Program-made: the position numbers and the translations under genes | Notes under the pieces: generated by a model | Told to the model about the DNA's origin: nothing | The model's input: only the letters and a program-made list of their open reading frames with translations | Database searches by the model: none | Assembly (NCBI GenBank): GCA_051362555.1 | Contig: CM120640.1 | Location: 62,350,788-62,414,787, forward strand | From: Lingula anatina | Taxonomy: Eukaryota > Animalia > Brachiopoda | DNA length: 64,000 nucleotides | Direction of reading: 5' to 3' | Part shown: positions 13,571 through 23,752 of the stretch, piece after piece | Numbering within the stretch: position 1 is the stretch's first letter | Layout: each line of letters starts with the position of its first letter

Positions 13571-14715
13571 GTAAGTGATGCCATTTACTAACCCTTGGCT
13601 CATGTCTACTAATACAACCATGCTGGGATACAAAGTATACATATATAGATGTACAATCATATGTTTGTAATGTATGTATTTGTCTATGCTTGCAAGTTAC
13701 TAATCAACTGGCTGCATCACCATGTGTTCTGTGGCATGTGAGTCCCAGTGTTTATCAGTGTTCAGCATCCCTTTTGGTATTATGGTGAGATGGCTTTTGA
13801 AGTGTTCCTTGCCAGATCTTGGCAAGTTTGGGTCATTGTTCTAATGGCATGCATGTAATAGTAGCAAGCTGCTTTGGGCTTTGAATAGGCAAAGGCTTTT
13901 GTGCAAACTGCGCTTTAAATGTTGAATTTTATGGATATTAATGATGACAGATTGTTATTTGTTAGAAATGCATAAATGTTGGGAAATCTTGTTACTTGGT
14001 AAAGTTAGGTTTTTTCATTAGTATTTTTGTTATTAAAGAGAAGCAAGGTAACAGATGAATGCCATTTAATTTGGTGTTCATTGGTGTATAAAAATGGAAA
14101 ATGGAGAAGCATGTCCACAATCAGGTGCACGTTTAGTTTCTTATTTATTATTCTATTTTTTTAAATCACTGCATTATATTTTGATTTTGGCATGGTAAAG
14201 TTTGTGATGACTATTCCAACAGAGTAGTACATTTTGGGAAAAAAAAGTTTACTTGCATGTTATTTTCAGTTTTAATAGTAAAATTACAAACATATTAGGT
14301 GACATATATCTGTAGGGTTTATGGATGTATGATTTATATCAGAAAATGTTATCAAAACACTAATATTTCATTGAAAGGTCATCTTCCCCATTAAACTGGG
14401 TTCATCATGACACCAACTGTTATTTGAATGCAAGAGTTGAAAAGAATAACATCCTAGAAGAATATGTTTTCTCTTAGTCTATAACAGAGAAAGTTGCCTG
14501 TGTTAGTAGAGCTGATTTCCTCGGGTCATTGTCATGAAACCAGCATTGCCATTACGGTATTGTTTACTGCATTTGCTGCATATATAAATATATTTAACAC
14601 TATGTAACAAGAAGTGATGAAACTTGGTCATGGCATATATTCCAAAAGTCCCTTTTATACACTCTTGGTACCAAGTTGAAGACTGGCAATATGTTGACAA
14701 AAAGAATATGTATAA

Positions 14716-14884
14716 CAGGCCCGTAGCCAGGGGGGGGTTCGGGGGGTTCGAAAGAACCGCCCCTTTTGCTGGGAAAAGGTCCACTCTGGGTAAAATTTGA
14801 TCTAGGTACATGAAGTTTTCATGGGAAAAGGTCCACTTTTTCAGAAAACGAACCCCCCTTTTGAAATTGCTGGCTACGGGCCTG
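14716..14884. mobile_element. MITE / non-autonomous DNA transposon, intact
   Basis: Perfect 15-bp TIR CAGGCCCGTAGCCAG / CTGGCTACGGGCCTG, 6-bp TSD GTATAA (14710-14715, 14885-14890), internal repeat GGGAAAAGGTCCACT x2. Confidence 0.92.
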
Positions 14885-15786
14885 GTATAATGCATCTGCA
14901 CTTTAAGTGATTTAAAGCAATGCATTGAACACACTGCCTTGTGTAGGACTTCATCATATAGGGAAACATGCTTTAATTTTGTGCACAAACTTCATCCCAG
15001 AAATTTTTTCTTCAGCTTGCCTTAAGCACATATGTGCAGTCATATTAGTATTTCAGTGCATTAGTGCCCCTTCACCATGTATTTGTACTTACGTGTACCT
15101 ATTTTGTAAAGCATTCTTTTCAGCCAATTTTTAAGTACTTGGATATGGATGGTGTTGCCCTTTGAAATAGATTAAATAACTGCCATGTTTTATTTGAAAA
15201 AAAAATTGGCCTTGTAAAAGTTGGAATAATTTATTCTACAAAAGCATGAGTGTTTTTCTAATGTTAATAAGTGACATTAACCTCAATTCTAAGACTGAAA
15301 ACTTTAAACATTAACTTTATTAATTTTTTTCTGTATTTTGTCAGTCAGCATCTAAGTTATTTCTACATATTTAAACTTAGGTATCTTGTGTGCATTTAGT
15401 TGTAAATTTAGCAATATTTAGATCATGCTTTTATTTCAGATTTCACTAAACTTTAGGATGCATAATCTTAAATATTGCAGTTTACAGTAGACTGACAGTA
15501 GTAAGAACAAAGAGGAATAAGGAGAAATAGTAAAATTACATGTTTTCTCTGCCTCTGCAATCCCATATTACATCTGTGCTTGAAGCTTTCAGGATTCATA
15601 ACCTTGATCATTTATAAAATCACTGAACATTAGAAAAGATAAAGTAAAACTTAAAAGCCTTGAATTATTGGTTCAAATTCTCAATGTTCTTTCTGACATC
15701 TTAGCTAAGTACTATTATTGGTTATTAATACAGTTGTGGTTTATATTTATAGGAGAGTAACTGTATATTTTGCTTGTATTTTCCAG

Positions 15787-15861
15787 TAAAGCCATAGCTG
15801 AGGAATCCCAAGAGTCTCTAGATGGCGCTTCGATATCTATGGGGCAGGACCCTTCAACACT
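15787..15861 (+). CDS. ARHGEF18: RhoGEF exon (KAIAEESQESLDGASISMGQDPST), phase 2-2
   Basis: ttccag|...ct|gtaagt. Confidence 0.8.
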
Positions 15862-16027
15862 GTAAGTCTCTCTACAGAATTACCAAGTTCTCTTTTTAGT
15901 GAATTGTGAACTTTTAATGGGATACAAGCAGGTAAATGAAAACCCCCATTTACAGCCAGTATATGTTATTTGGTATTTTGTTTTGTCACACTTTAATTGG
16001 TTTTCCATTATTTATTTTTTTCTTTAG

Positions 16028-16098
16028 CTCATTACAAAGCAGACTGCGCAATAACCTGGAAGACACAGTCTCTCTCTCAATGGAATCACTGGATGAAG
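16028..16098 (+). CDS. ARHGEF18: RhoGEF exon (SLQSRLRNNLEDTVSLSMESLDE)
   Basis: ctttag|...g|gtaaag, S-x-ESLDEG motif preceding the DH domain. Confidence 0.85.
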
Positions 16099-16466
16099 GT
16101 AAAGATACCAGCACATTCTTATTTCTTCTCCGTCACAATCAGTCTCCATTACTCAATCTTCTCAGCTAACACAATTACATAAACCTATGATTGTCAACTT
16201 CAGTGTCACCTTGAATTTGATAAAATACAAAACACAATCTCAGTGTAGGTAGATAATTATTTGATTCACAATTGGTTTAGGAGTGATTAATTTTTTTTTA
16301 AAAAAAGTGGATGAGAAGTTTTTCTCTTCAGGAGTATTTAGACATCATAGTTCTACTTATTGTAAAGTGTTCAGTTTCAGACATTTCCAGGCACTATCAG
16401 AATATATTTCCAGAAGTCTATCCTGGAGCTCATTAAGCAAGATATTTCAATTTTTATCTTCCATAG

Positions 16467-16610
16467 GTGCTCAAGTGGAGTTTGAGGATGATGAAGACCT
16501 GATGATCAGAGGCCCTGAACCTGAAGCTTGGAGTGTCTATGTCAACAAAAAAGAAATCTCCAAACTTGGCCTTAGTAAGAAAGATGTCAAGAGGCAGGAT
16601 CACCTTTGGG
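16467..16610 (+). CDS. ARHGEF18: RhoGEF exon, pre-DH/DH start (EPEAWSVYV...DVKRQDHLW)
   Basis: catag|...g|gtaagt, Lbc-family 'E.WS..V...KRQD.I.E' motif. Confidence 0.95.
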
Positions 16611-16829
16611 GTAAGTTTGATATATAATGTGGTTTTCAGTTCTAAGATGACACCTTTCAGAGATTTAGTGGACAGTTACATATGTAGCATGTTTTAGGTT
16701 AAGAAACAATAATTGGATTCACATTGGTGCAAAAAATGTTTAAATTTTTTTATTTATTTTTATTTTTATTTTATTTTATTTTTTTTTTTTTTGATTGGTT
16801 AATCCCAAGATTGTTGAATTTTTTTCCAG

Positions 16830-16882
16830 AAATCGTTATGACAGAAAAACACCATCTGCGAACTTTGAAGATCATGCAAAGG
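16830..16882 (+). CDS. ARHGEF18: RhoGEF exon, DH (EIVMTEKHHLRTLKIMQR)
   Basis: ttccag|...agg|gttggt, DH CR1 motif. Confidence 0.95.
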
Positions 16883-16967
16883 GTTGGTTGATAATATTGG
16901 AACTATGCAGTTTTTTATTAAAACTTTTTTTTATGTAAAAGAAATATTATTAAAAGTATGGTATAAA

Positions 16968-17315
16968 AGCTCGTTTACAACAAACCTGTTAATTATGCAC
17001 CGCTGCTATTCCCAAGCCAGGTAATAACAGGTATGAAACTCGTCTTGGTGGGCTTTCATATTTTTCAATATATCTCATTTATTTCATGGGGTTATTTTAT
17101 TGGTATTTGTAAATGACGTTAAATATCAATACTTAAACAATTAAGTTCAAACACGGTCGCGCACATTAATAAAAGAAATTGCTCTCAGGGTATCTTGAAG
17201 CTTCCGTGGAAGAAAACGTGTTGAGGAAAAACGGGGAAAAAGAGCGTTATATTAAAGAAAAATGGGAACTGCTATAATAAAATGGTTCGTTATCCTAAAA
17301 AAAAAAAAATAAAAA
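16968..17315 (+). mobile_element. 5'-truncated non-LTR retrotransposon insertion (L1/Tx1-like 3' end)
   Basis: Poly(A) tail at 17297-17319, 16-bp TSD AAAAGTATGGTATAAA (16952-16967, 17316-17331), TT|AAAA target, broken ORF ending ...EENVLRKNGEKERYIKEKWELL*. Confidence 0.8.
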
Positions 17316-17793
17316 AAAAGTATGGTATAAATATATATTTATGCGAAAGTAATCTTATACATATAAACTCTAGTATTTAAAGGGATAATAACTCTTTATA
17401 TAAGATCTATATTTCACAATAAAAACATTGTGAATAACTCATAGAAATATAATATATTCTGTTTTACCACAAAAACAGCAGTTATAGCTATTATTCTGAT
17501 ATCTGAGCTTGTCTTTAGACCACGTGACCTCCATTGATGGCTATACTCTTTTAAAATCTCTTAAGAGATTTTAACAAAAAACCAAACTTTTTAGAAAAAA
17601 TCCAGGGACTAACTTTGAATGTAAAAATGGATTCATTAACCATTGGTAAGTATGGGAAAATTGTTGTTTACTCCAGAAAAATTCATTTTTTGGCCGAAAC
17701 GAAGAGTTATTATGACTTTAAATATTGATTAAAATCTTTTGAATAAAAACTTTTCAGTAAAACAATTATTTACATCATTCATTGTGATTTCAG

Positions 17794-18099
17794 GTTTACA
17801 GCCATGGTTTGGTGCATGAGGTAGGCCTGCCACCAGAACTGGTGGACAGACTGTTTCCACGCCTTGAAGATCTTATTGACATATCAGCCACATTCCTACA
17901 AAGGCTACAAGAAAGACAAGATGAGCACCCCAACAAGTTTGTCTCACAGATAGGAGACTTGCTGATTGAACAGTTTGATTCACCATCCAGCACCAGGATG
18001 GTGTCGGCATTTGGGGAGTTTTGTAGCAAGAAAAAAGAAGCCGAGGCTTTGTATAAGGACCTTTTTAAACAGGAGAAAAAGTTTCAGAACTTTATAAGG
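17794..18099 (+). CDS. ARHGEF18: RhoGEF exon, DH core
   Basis: tttcag|VYSHGL...LFPRLEDL...IGDLLIEQF...FGEFCS...KKFQNFIR|gtaagt, 306 nt. Confidence 0.97.
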
Positions 18100-18459
18100 G
18101 TAAGTAATAAAGAAGGATTTTTTAAAAAGCTGTGATCAAGAAATTGTCAGTGGATGTTTGATGGTAGTAAAAATGATGTTTCCAATTCCAGAATGATATG
18201 TTTACTGTGAAACAATTTCATATTTTTCCTTGTGCTGCTTTCAAATACCTGTGAATAACTCGGTAAACTTCTGTAAAGTGTGTAATTACAGATAAAACTC
18301 TTTTGTAGCTCAAAGAAAATTTTACTTATATTATATCAAGGTATATTTTGAAATGGACCAGTATGCAGTTATTCAGATATTTGGAAATTCCTTATCAATA
18401 TACCTGATATCAGTTCATTAAGAATATTTGCACTGATAATCAGAATTCTGTTCATATAG

Positions 18460-18577
18460 AAATGCAGTGGGAATGGGTTGTGCAAGCACCACAGTATCCC
18501 AGACTGTATCTTACTGGTGACCCAGAGGCTCACTAAGATGCCAACCCTAATTGAAGCTGTGATCAAGAAAACACAAG
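18460..18577 (+). CDS. ARHGEF18: RhoGEF exon, DH CR3 (IPDCILLVTQRLTKMPTLIE)
   Basis: atatag|...g|gtaaca. Confidence 0.96.
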
Positions 18578-18862
18578 GTAACAGCAAGAAGTGATCATTC
18601 CTATATAGGACAAGTTCACAGCTCAGTTAACTTGGACTAACAATCAAATCATTTGATGTCATAAGATGAACATCTAGTTTAACTTGCCATATAAAATTCT
18701 AAGGTGTTATAGGTGTCCTGATAAAGTTTGAAGGAGGATGTTAACTTGATTGAATGACTATTGTTAAATATATCTGTTTAGCCAAGCAATAGATAACTGT
18801 AAAATACCTTGAGAAGTTCCACAGAAATAGAGCATCATTTTGAATTATTTTGTGTTTTGCAG

Positions 18863-19032
18863 AGACCAATCCAGACCATGCCCTGCTGAAGAAGGCAGAC
18901 ATGCTGGCTAGAAATATCCTCAATGCCATAGATGCCCAGGTAGACGCCAAAGAAAAAGAACAGAGGCTCATTGAAATCTACAACAAACTGGATGTCAGGT
19001 CCACAGCAGTTTACAAGGGCAAAAAATTCAAG
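18863..19032 (+). CDS. ARHGEF18: RhoGEF exon, DH end / DH-PH linker
   Basis: ttgcag|...EKEQRLIEIYNKLD...GKKFK|gtttgg. Confidence 0.95.
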
Positions 19033-19397
19033 GTTTGGACCTAATTATACACATTTTAAAGGCTTTGATTATTGCCTTCTGATATCATGTATTAGCAGTT
19101 TCAGAATTGTCTGTTTTTCTCTGCAGTTATGGAGAGTTCTTGGTCACACCCTCCTTTTAACGATAGTTTCAAACAGTAGACAGCACAGAAGACAGTTGTG
19201 TCTCTTGTCTGGTATAAAGATTACAGAGATAACTTGTCTTTTTCTATTTTTACTGCCAAGTGCTATCATTTTGTGTTCTACTTGTTTTCATTGTTTTAAA
19301 ATTATCAGTTGGGGTTGCTTGCTTTCATGTCAGATTGTTTGATGAATCATTCAGTATCCTTTACAATGACCAACAAGAATGTTATTGTTCTTTTCAG

Positions 19398-19479
19398 AAA
19401 TCTGATCTTTTATCAAATAATCGGAAACTGGTGTATGAGTCAACTATAGCATGGAAAACCGCCAGAGGAAAAACAATTG
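19398..19479 (+). CDS. ARHGEF18: RhoGEF exon, PH start (KSDLLSNNRKLVYESTIAWKTARGKTI)
   Basis: tttcag|...g|gtatgt. Confidence 0.95.
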
Positions 19480-19819
19480 GTATGTGCTTTGTCTGATGTT
19501 ACTCTTAGAACAACTATCCAATTTTGAATGGAATTATCACATCTACCTTTGTTTATCTTTGTCAGTTTAGGAAAAGAAAAAGTCACTTAATTTAAATGTG
19601 ATTGAGTTGGGAGATAACAGTGGACTTCCCGTACCCAATGCATGCTGACCTTGTCAAATTGGTCCATATCATTGTAGTTGTTAATAATGGTGATCATAAA
19701 TGAAATCAGTTGCAATATATTTTTGTCAAAAACCATGGCAAAAATGAGTGATTAGCAATAGAAATTGTTCTGGAAAATTTAGAATTGAAATTGATTTGTT
19801 TGATTTTTTTCCCTTCCAG

Positions 19820-19905
19820 ATGTACTTATTGTTGTCCTCTCTGACTTAGTATTTTTCCTTCAAGAAAATAATCAGAAGTACACATTTTTCACCCAGGATA
19901 ATAAG
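19820..19905 (+). CDS. ARHGEF18: RhoGEF exon, PH (VLIVVLSDLVFFLQENNQKYTFFTQDNK)
   Basis: ttccag|...aag|gtatgg. Confidence 0.95.
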
Positions 19906-20132
19906 GTATGGAAGATGGTTTTATTCCCCCCATAGTTTTTTCCAATATTTTTGTGTAAAGATGACATCAGTACACTCAATAAATGAAAAATTTTGAATTT
20001 CTTCTTATAAGAAGTTTTGACAGATAAGTATTTTATACTGCATAATCACATAAAAAGGACGAAAATATGATTTTGTAAATAATCTGTAATAATCAAGTAC
20101 TAGTGACTAACAGATCCTCTGTGTTCCCGCAG

Positions 20133-20322
20133 GCGAGTGTGGTGTCTCTGTACAAACTGCTGGTCAGAGAGAAGGGGGCCACACGGGACAACAAGGGAGT
20201 TTATGTGATCAGCCAGAGCAAGGACACCCCTGAGATGTACGAGTTTGTCTGCAAGTCAGGAGAGGAGAGGAAACAGATGATTAACATTGTCAGTGCTGCC
20301 ATAAGGAATTGTCCAGAAGAAG
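20133..20322 (+). CDS. ARHGEF18: RhoGEF exon, PH end (ASVVSLYKLLVREK...PEMYEFVC...CPEE)
   Basis: ccgcag|...g|gtagag. Confidence 0.95.
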
Positions 20323-20597
20323 GTAGAGATTTAGTTTAAGGAACTTTTATTTTAAACTTTTCCTTCCTTTATAATAGTATTATTTTGAATGATGAATAAG
20401 GTGATTTATTTGCTTTTTTGGGTGGTAAATGTTACTTATTTCAAAGAAAGTTAGTTTGATTGTTAAAGATATGATGAAAAGTAGTGGCACTATTGATGTC
20501 AGTGCAGTTTAACAAAGTTCACTCCTGTTCTACTGTTAACCAAGTACATCTACATGCTGATACTTGGTGTTGAATATTTGGAATGTATATATTGCAG

Positions 20598-20681
20598 ATG
20601 ATGATGAAGGAGTGCCATCAGAAAGTGAAGAAGAGAGAAAAATTAGGGAAGCCCGGGCACAGAAAGTCAGAGAGTGTCTTA
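20598..20681 (+). CDS. ARHGEF18: RhoGEF exon (DDEGVPSESEEERKIREARAQKVRECL)
   Basis: ttgcag|...a|gtaagt, typical post-PH acidic motif. Confidence 0.92.
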
Positions 20682-20841
20682 GTAAGTACCTGGCCAAATT
20701 TTTCCTTGTTATAAGTGACTGAGTTTTTTTTACAGTAGATTCGATTTTTGTTATTTGCTCTACTAGCATGGAAATACTCAAACAGGCAGTTACAGAAACC
20801 CTTATTTATAAAAAATTGAACCATTTTGTTCCCATTTCCAG

Positions 20842-20942
20842 GCTTCCTGCAAAGATCACAAGATCAAATAAGAGAATTGCTCAAGGATCGCTTACGTGCT
20901 GTTTTTGACATGTTCGACCACCAGCCCAAGGAAGAACACCTT
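20842..20942 (+). CDS. ARHGEF18: RhoGEF exon (FLQRSQDQIRELLKDRL...EEHL)
   Basis: ttccag|...ctt|gtaaga. Confidence 0.88.
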
Positions 20943-21065
20943 GTAAGAAAGCTTGACGTTTATTGAGATTTTAAAGATTTATATGATATTATGATGCATA
21001 TCTATTTCAATGTTTTTTCATTCACATGGTAACTGATTGACAAATAAAGTATTTTGTTTGCTCAG

Positions 21066-21132
21066 TTGCAGCCCTATGGTCAAGATGAGGATGCCAACCC
21101 TGCAGAGTGGATTGACAGAGCAGCTAAGGAAG
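21066..21132 (+). CDS. ARHGEF18: RhoGEF exon (LQPYGQDEDANPAEWIDRAAKE)
   Basis: ctcag|...g|gtactc, with an in-frame alternative acceptor 6 nt downstream. Confidence 0.82.
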
Positions 21133-21321
21133 GTACTCATGCTCTTCACTGCATATATACATTTATATATGATGCACATGTATTTATATTTCAGTCAGAT
21201 CTTACATTTAATGCAAAACAGAGTAAATTGTAAATTTTCATTCACAGAATTTTTATTCACAGAAAAATGTTCACCAAAGAATTGGCCATACTTGACCTAT
21301 TGTACTGTATTTCTGTTCCAG

Positions 21322-21468
21322 CTGAGCGTCTGTCCTGGCTCCTCCAAAGTGGCAGCACAAATCTCAGCCGCAGTGTCAGCAGTGTTGGGGAACACCAAAG
21401 TGGGTCTTACACTCCGCCACCAGTTCCTAAACGCTCCGAGACTTTTGGAGGATTCGAGGTGTCTGCAG
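21322..21468 (+). CDS. ARHGEF18: RhoGEF exon (NLSRSVSSVGEHQS...PVPKRSETFGGFEVSA)
   Basis: ttccag|...g|gtagga, Lbc-family P(R/K)RAETFGGF motif. Confidence 0.92.
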
Positions 21469-22056
21469 GTAGGATACGGAGAGAGGCCTTGGAATTTCTG
21501 CACTTGCTTCTGCGTTTTTCCCCCTATGCTGTCAGTGTTTTGTTTACGTTTCCCCCTCCCAGGGGACTTTGATTTGGAAGCTGAATTCTGCTTGTTTTTG
21601 TCAAGAAATTAGAAGACATTTAAGTTCACTTGGACGATCATGGCCTGCAGCCCGTAGCTTTCCCCTGTAGCTTGGCTTGTATTTTATTATACTAACCACG
21701 TGACCAGTATTGTCCAATGAATAAGAATTAAGCAAGTGATGTTCTTTCTGAGGTTTTCATTTTTGTTCTCATTTTATTTTGGGTTTTATTGGTTTTGGAT
21801 ATCATTTTGGTCAAGTATCTTACAACCAAAACATTTAATAAAATAATACAGGTTATGCTAAAAAAAGGACCTTGTCCTGAGAATAGGCTCTGCTATTGTG
21901 CTGGTTACCGTGTGTATCGTATCTCCCATCTTTGAGATTGCTTCTTGATTTTTGTTTTGTTTCCTGTACATATCTTCCCGATTCATGTTTTCATATATAA
22001 TGTTTATGTTTCTCTTTGTACCTGCATACATGCTTGCTGTGTCTCTTTCCTTCTAG

Positions 22057-22641
22057 ACACTGAAACTGTAGACAGTGATATTGTGGTGGATAAAATGTTA
22101 GACCATCTAACTAAAGTGACTAACAACCAGTTTGAATGTAGTATTGACAGCATGTCAGGGGCAGTCCCCTTGAACTTGGACACTGGTGCATGTGTAAACA
22201 GTTATGATGATAGAAATATTGCTCACCAGAAACTGAATGACATTGAAGAGAGCAGAGAAAGTGTGGACACAGGAGAAAGTATTGAGCATGGGGTGTATTT
22301 GCAAAAGAAAAGATACAGTGTAATGGGAATTGGGATTGAAGAAGGGCAGAACTTGGCTAGTAGTGAAGAAAAACTAAGAGTACGACGTAAGTCCCGTAGC
22401 CCATTAGACTGGATCAAACGCAAGGCCAGCCTGCAGGTTACGACCTCTCATGAATTGTTGGGGGAAGCAACCAAGCCCTTCTGGAGCTCTCGCACAAAAA
22501 TTGCAAAAATGCGCAGATCTAGTATTTTGCGTCACAATAGCGATGCCGGGGAACACAAAAGCGTGCAAGCTTCTCGCTCTGGTCCACAGCTACGCCGTGT
22601 GGAGTCGTTTGCTGGGTTTGGTCAATCTGACGGGAGCTCAG
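22057..22641 (+). CDS. ARHGEF18: RhoGEF large candidate alternative exon (195 codons, phase 1-1, or terminal exon to TAG at 22652)
   Basis: ttctag| acceptor, g|gttggt donor, long open frame (ORF 21945-22652) with protein-like composition. Confidence 0.72.
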
Positions 22642-23603
22642 GTTGGTTCTAGGCAGTAGCTGCATGATCAGTGTTGTAGACATAGACTACCATGTAGACT
22701 AATGGCCTGTTAGACTAATTAATAAGTAACCTGCCTTTAAGACTTCTCACTCTAACCAGGCTCCAACTGTAAGCTGGCCATCCATGGTCACTTGTCTGTA
22801 CGAGTCCTCTCTATACACCAATCCTTAACATTTGACCCCAAGTTTTGATTAAAAAGAAAAGGTAAAGAGATGCCAGGTGATTAATTAAAAATGAAGGCGA
22901 TTAGCTAAAATCTTACTTATTATATCTGAAAGAAGTTAAACAGCTTCTTTAATTTGCATGTATATAGCATGGTGGTGGGTGCCTGGCTTGCATGCAGCAT
23001 GAATTGTGTTGTCTCGTGTGTGTTAAAATGAATATGTTATAATTTTACTTGTCTATTTATTTATGTGTACTCATATGTATATATATATATATGTTTTTTG
23101 TCTAGTCTCATTATACAATTTAACTTGCATTTTTTCAAATGGCAGAAATTCAGCACAAGGGCTCAGGACCATCAGTAACACTTCTATATTCAACAGTAAC
23201 ACTCCTGTATTCATCATAAAGACATATTTTTAAAGACATATTATTAGATCATCATTTATTCAGCTTGGAAAAAAAGGGGATAAAATTACAAACTGAGCTA
23301 CTGATTTGTATTATATTACCAAATGAAAGATATAACAAAAGATGCCTGTAACAAGCTAATATATCTTTTGGTCATTCTTCGGTTTTGGTCCAGTCTGTCT
23401 AACCAAAGATAACACTTGCATACAGTGATAGGGATATTTGATTTCTATAGAAAACTTTATTTTTAGTTTTCTTTAAGTTTTATTTAAAGTGTGAACAATT
23501 AACTATTGTATAACAAGAAAACAAATGCTAATTCATTATTATTTTAGAATTCTCATGATTTAAGTGGTTATAACTAATCTAATTTGTGATTTCACCAAAT
23601 TAG

Positions 23604-23752
23604 GTTCAGTAAAAAGAAGACCACCACCATTTCCAAAAGATGATGATGGGTCGTTTTCCAGTTTCCAAAGCTTCAACAAAGATGGTGGAGTTGATACAGA
23701 TTCTGCCATCGCAAGTGATACAACAACAGTCAGTAATTCTAGTTCCAGTAAG
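23604..23752 (+). CDS. ARHGEF18: RhoGEF exon (SVKRRPPPFPKDDDGS...SSSSK)
   Basis: attag|...aag|gtatgg, phase 1-0. Confidence 0.85.

Noticed and set aside
14503-14988. 161-aa minus-strand ORF
   Set aside because: Open only because it crosses the GC-rich MITE, no domain signal
21037-21612. 191-aa ORF overlapping RhoGEF exons
   Set aside because: Alternate-frame and intron read-through with non-protein-like composition
23146-23230. Possible extra exon and 21-bp tandem duplication
   Set aside because: No phase-compatible donor, trivial local duplication
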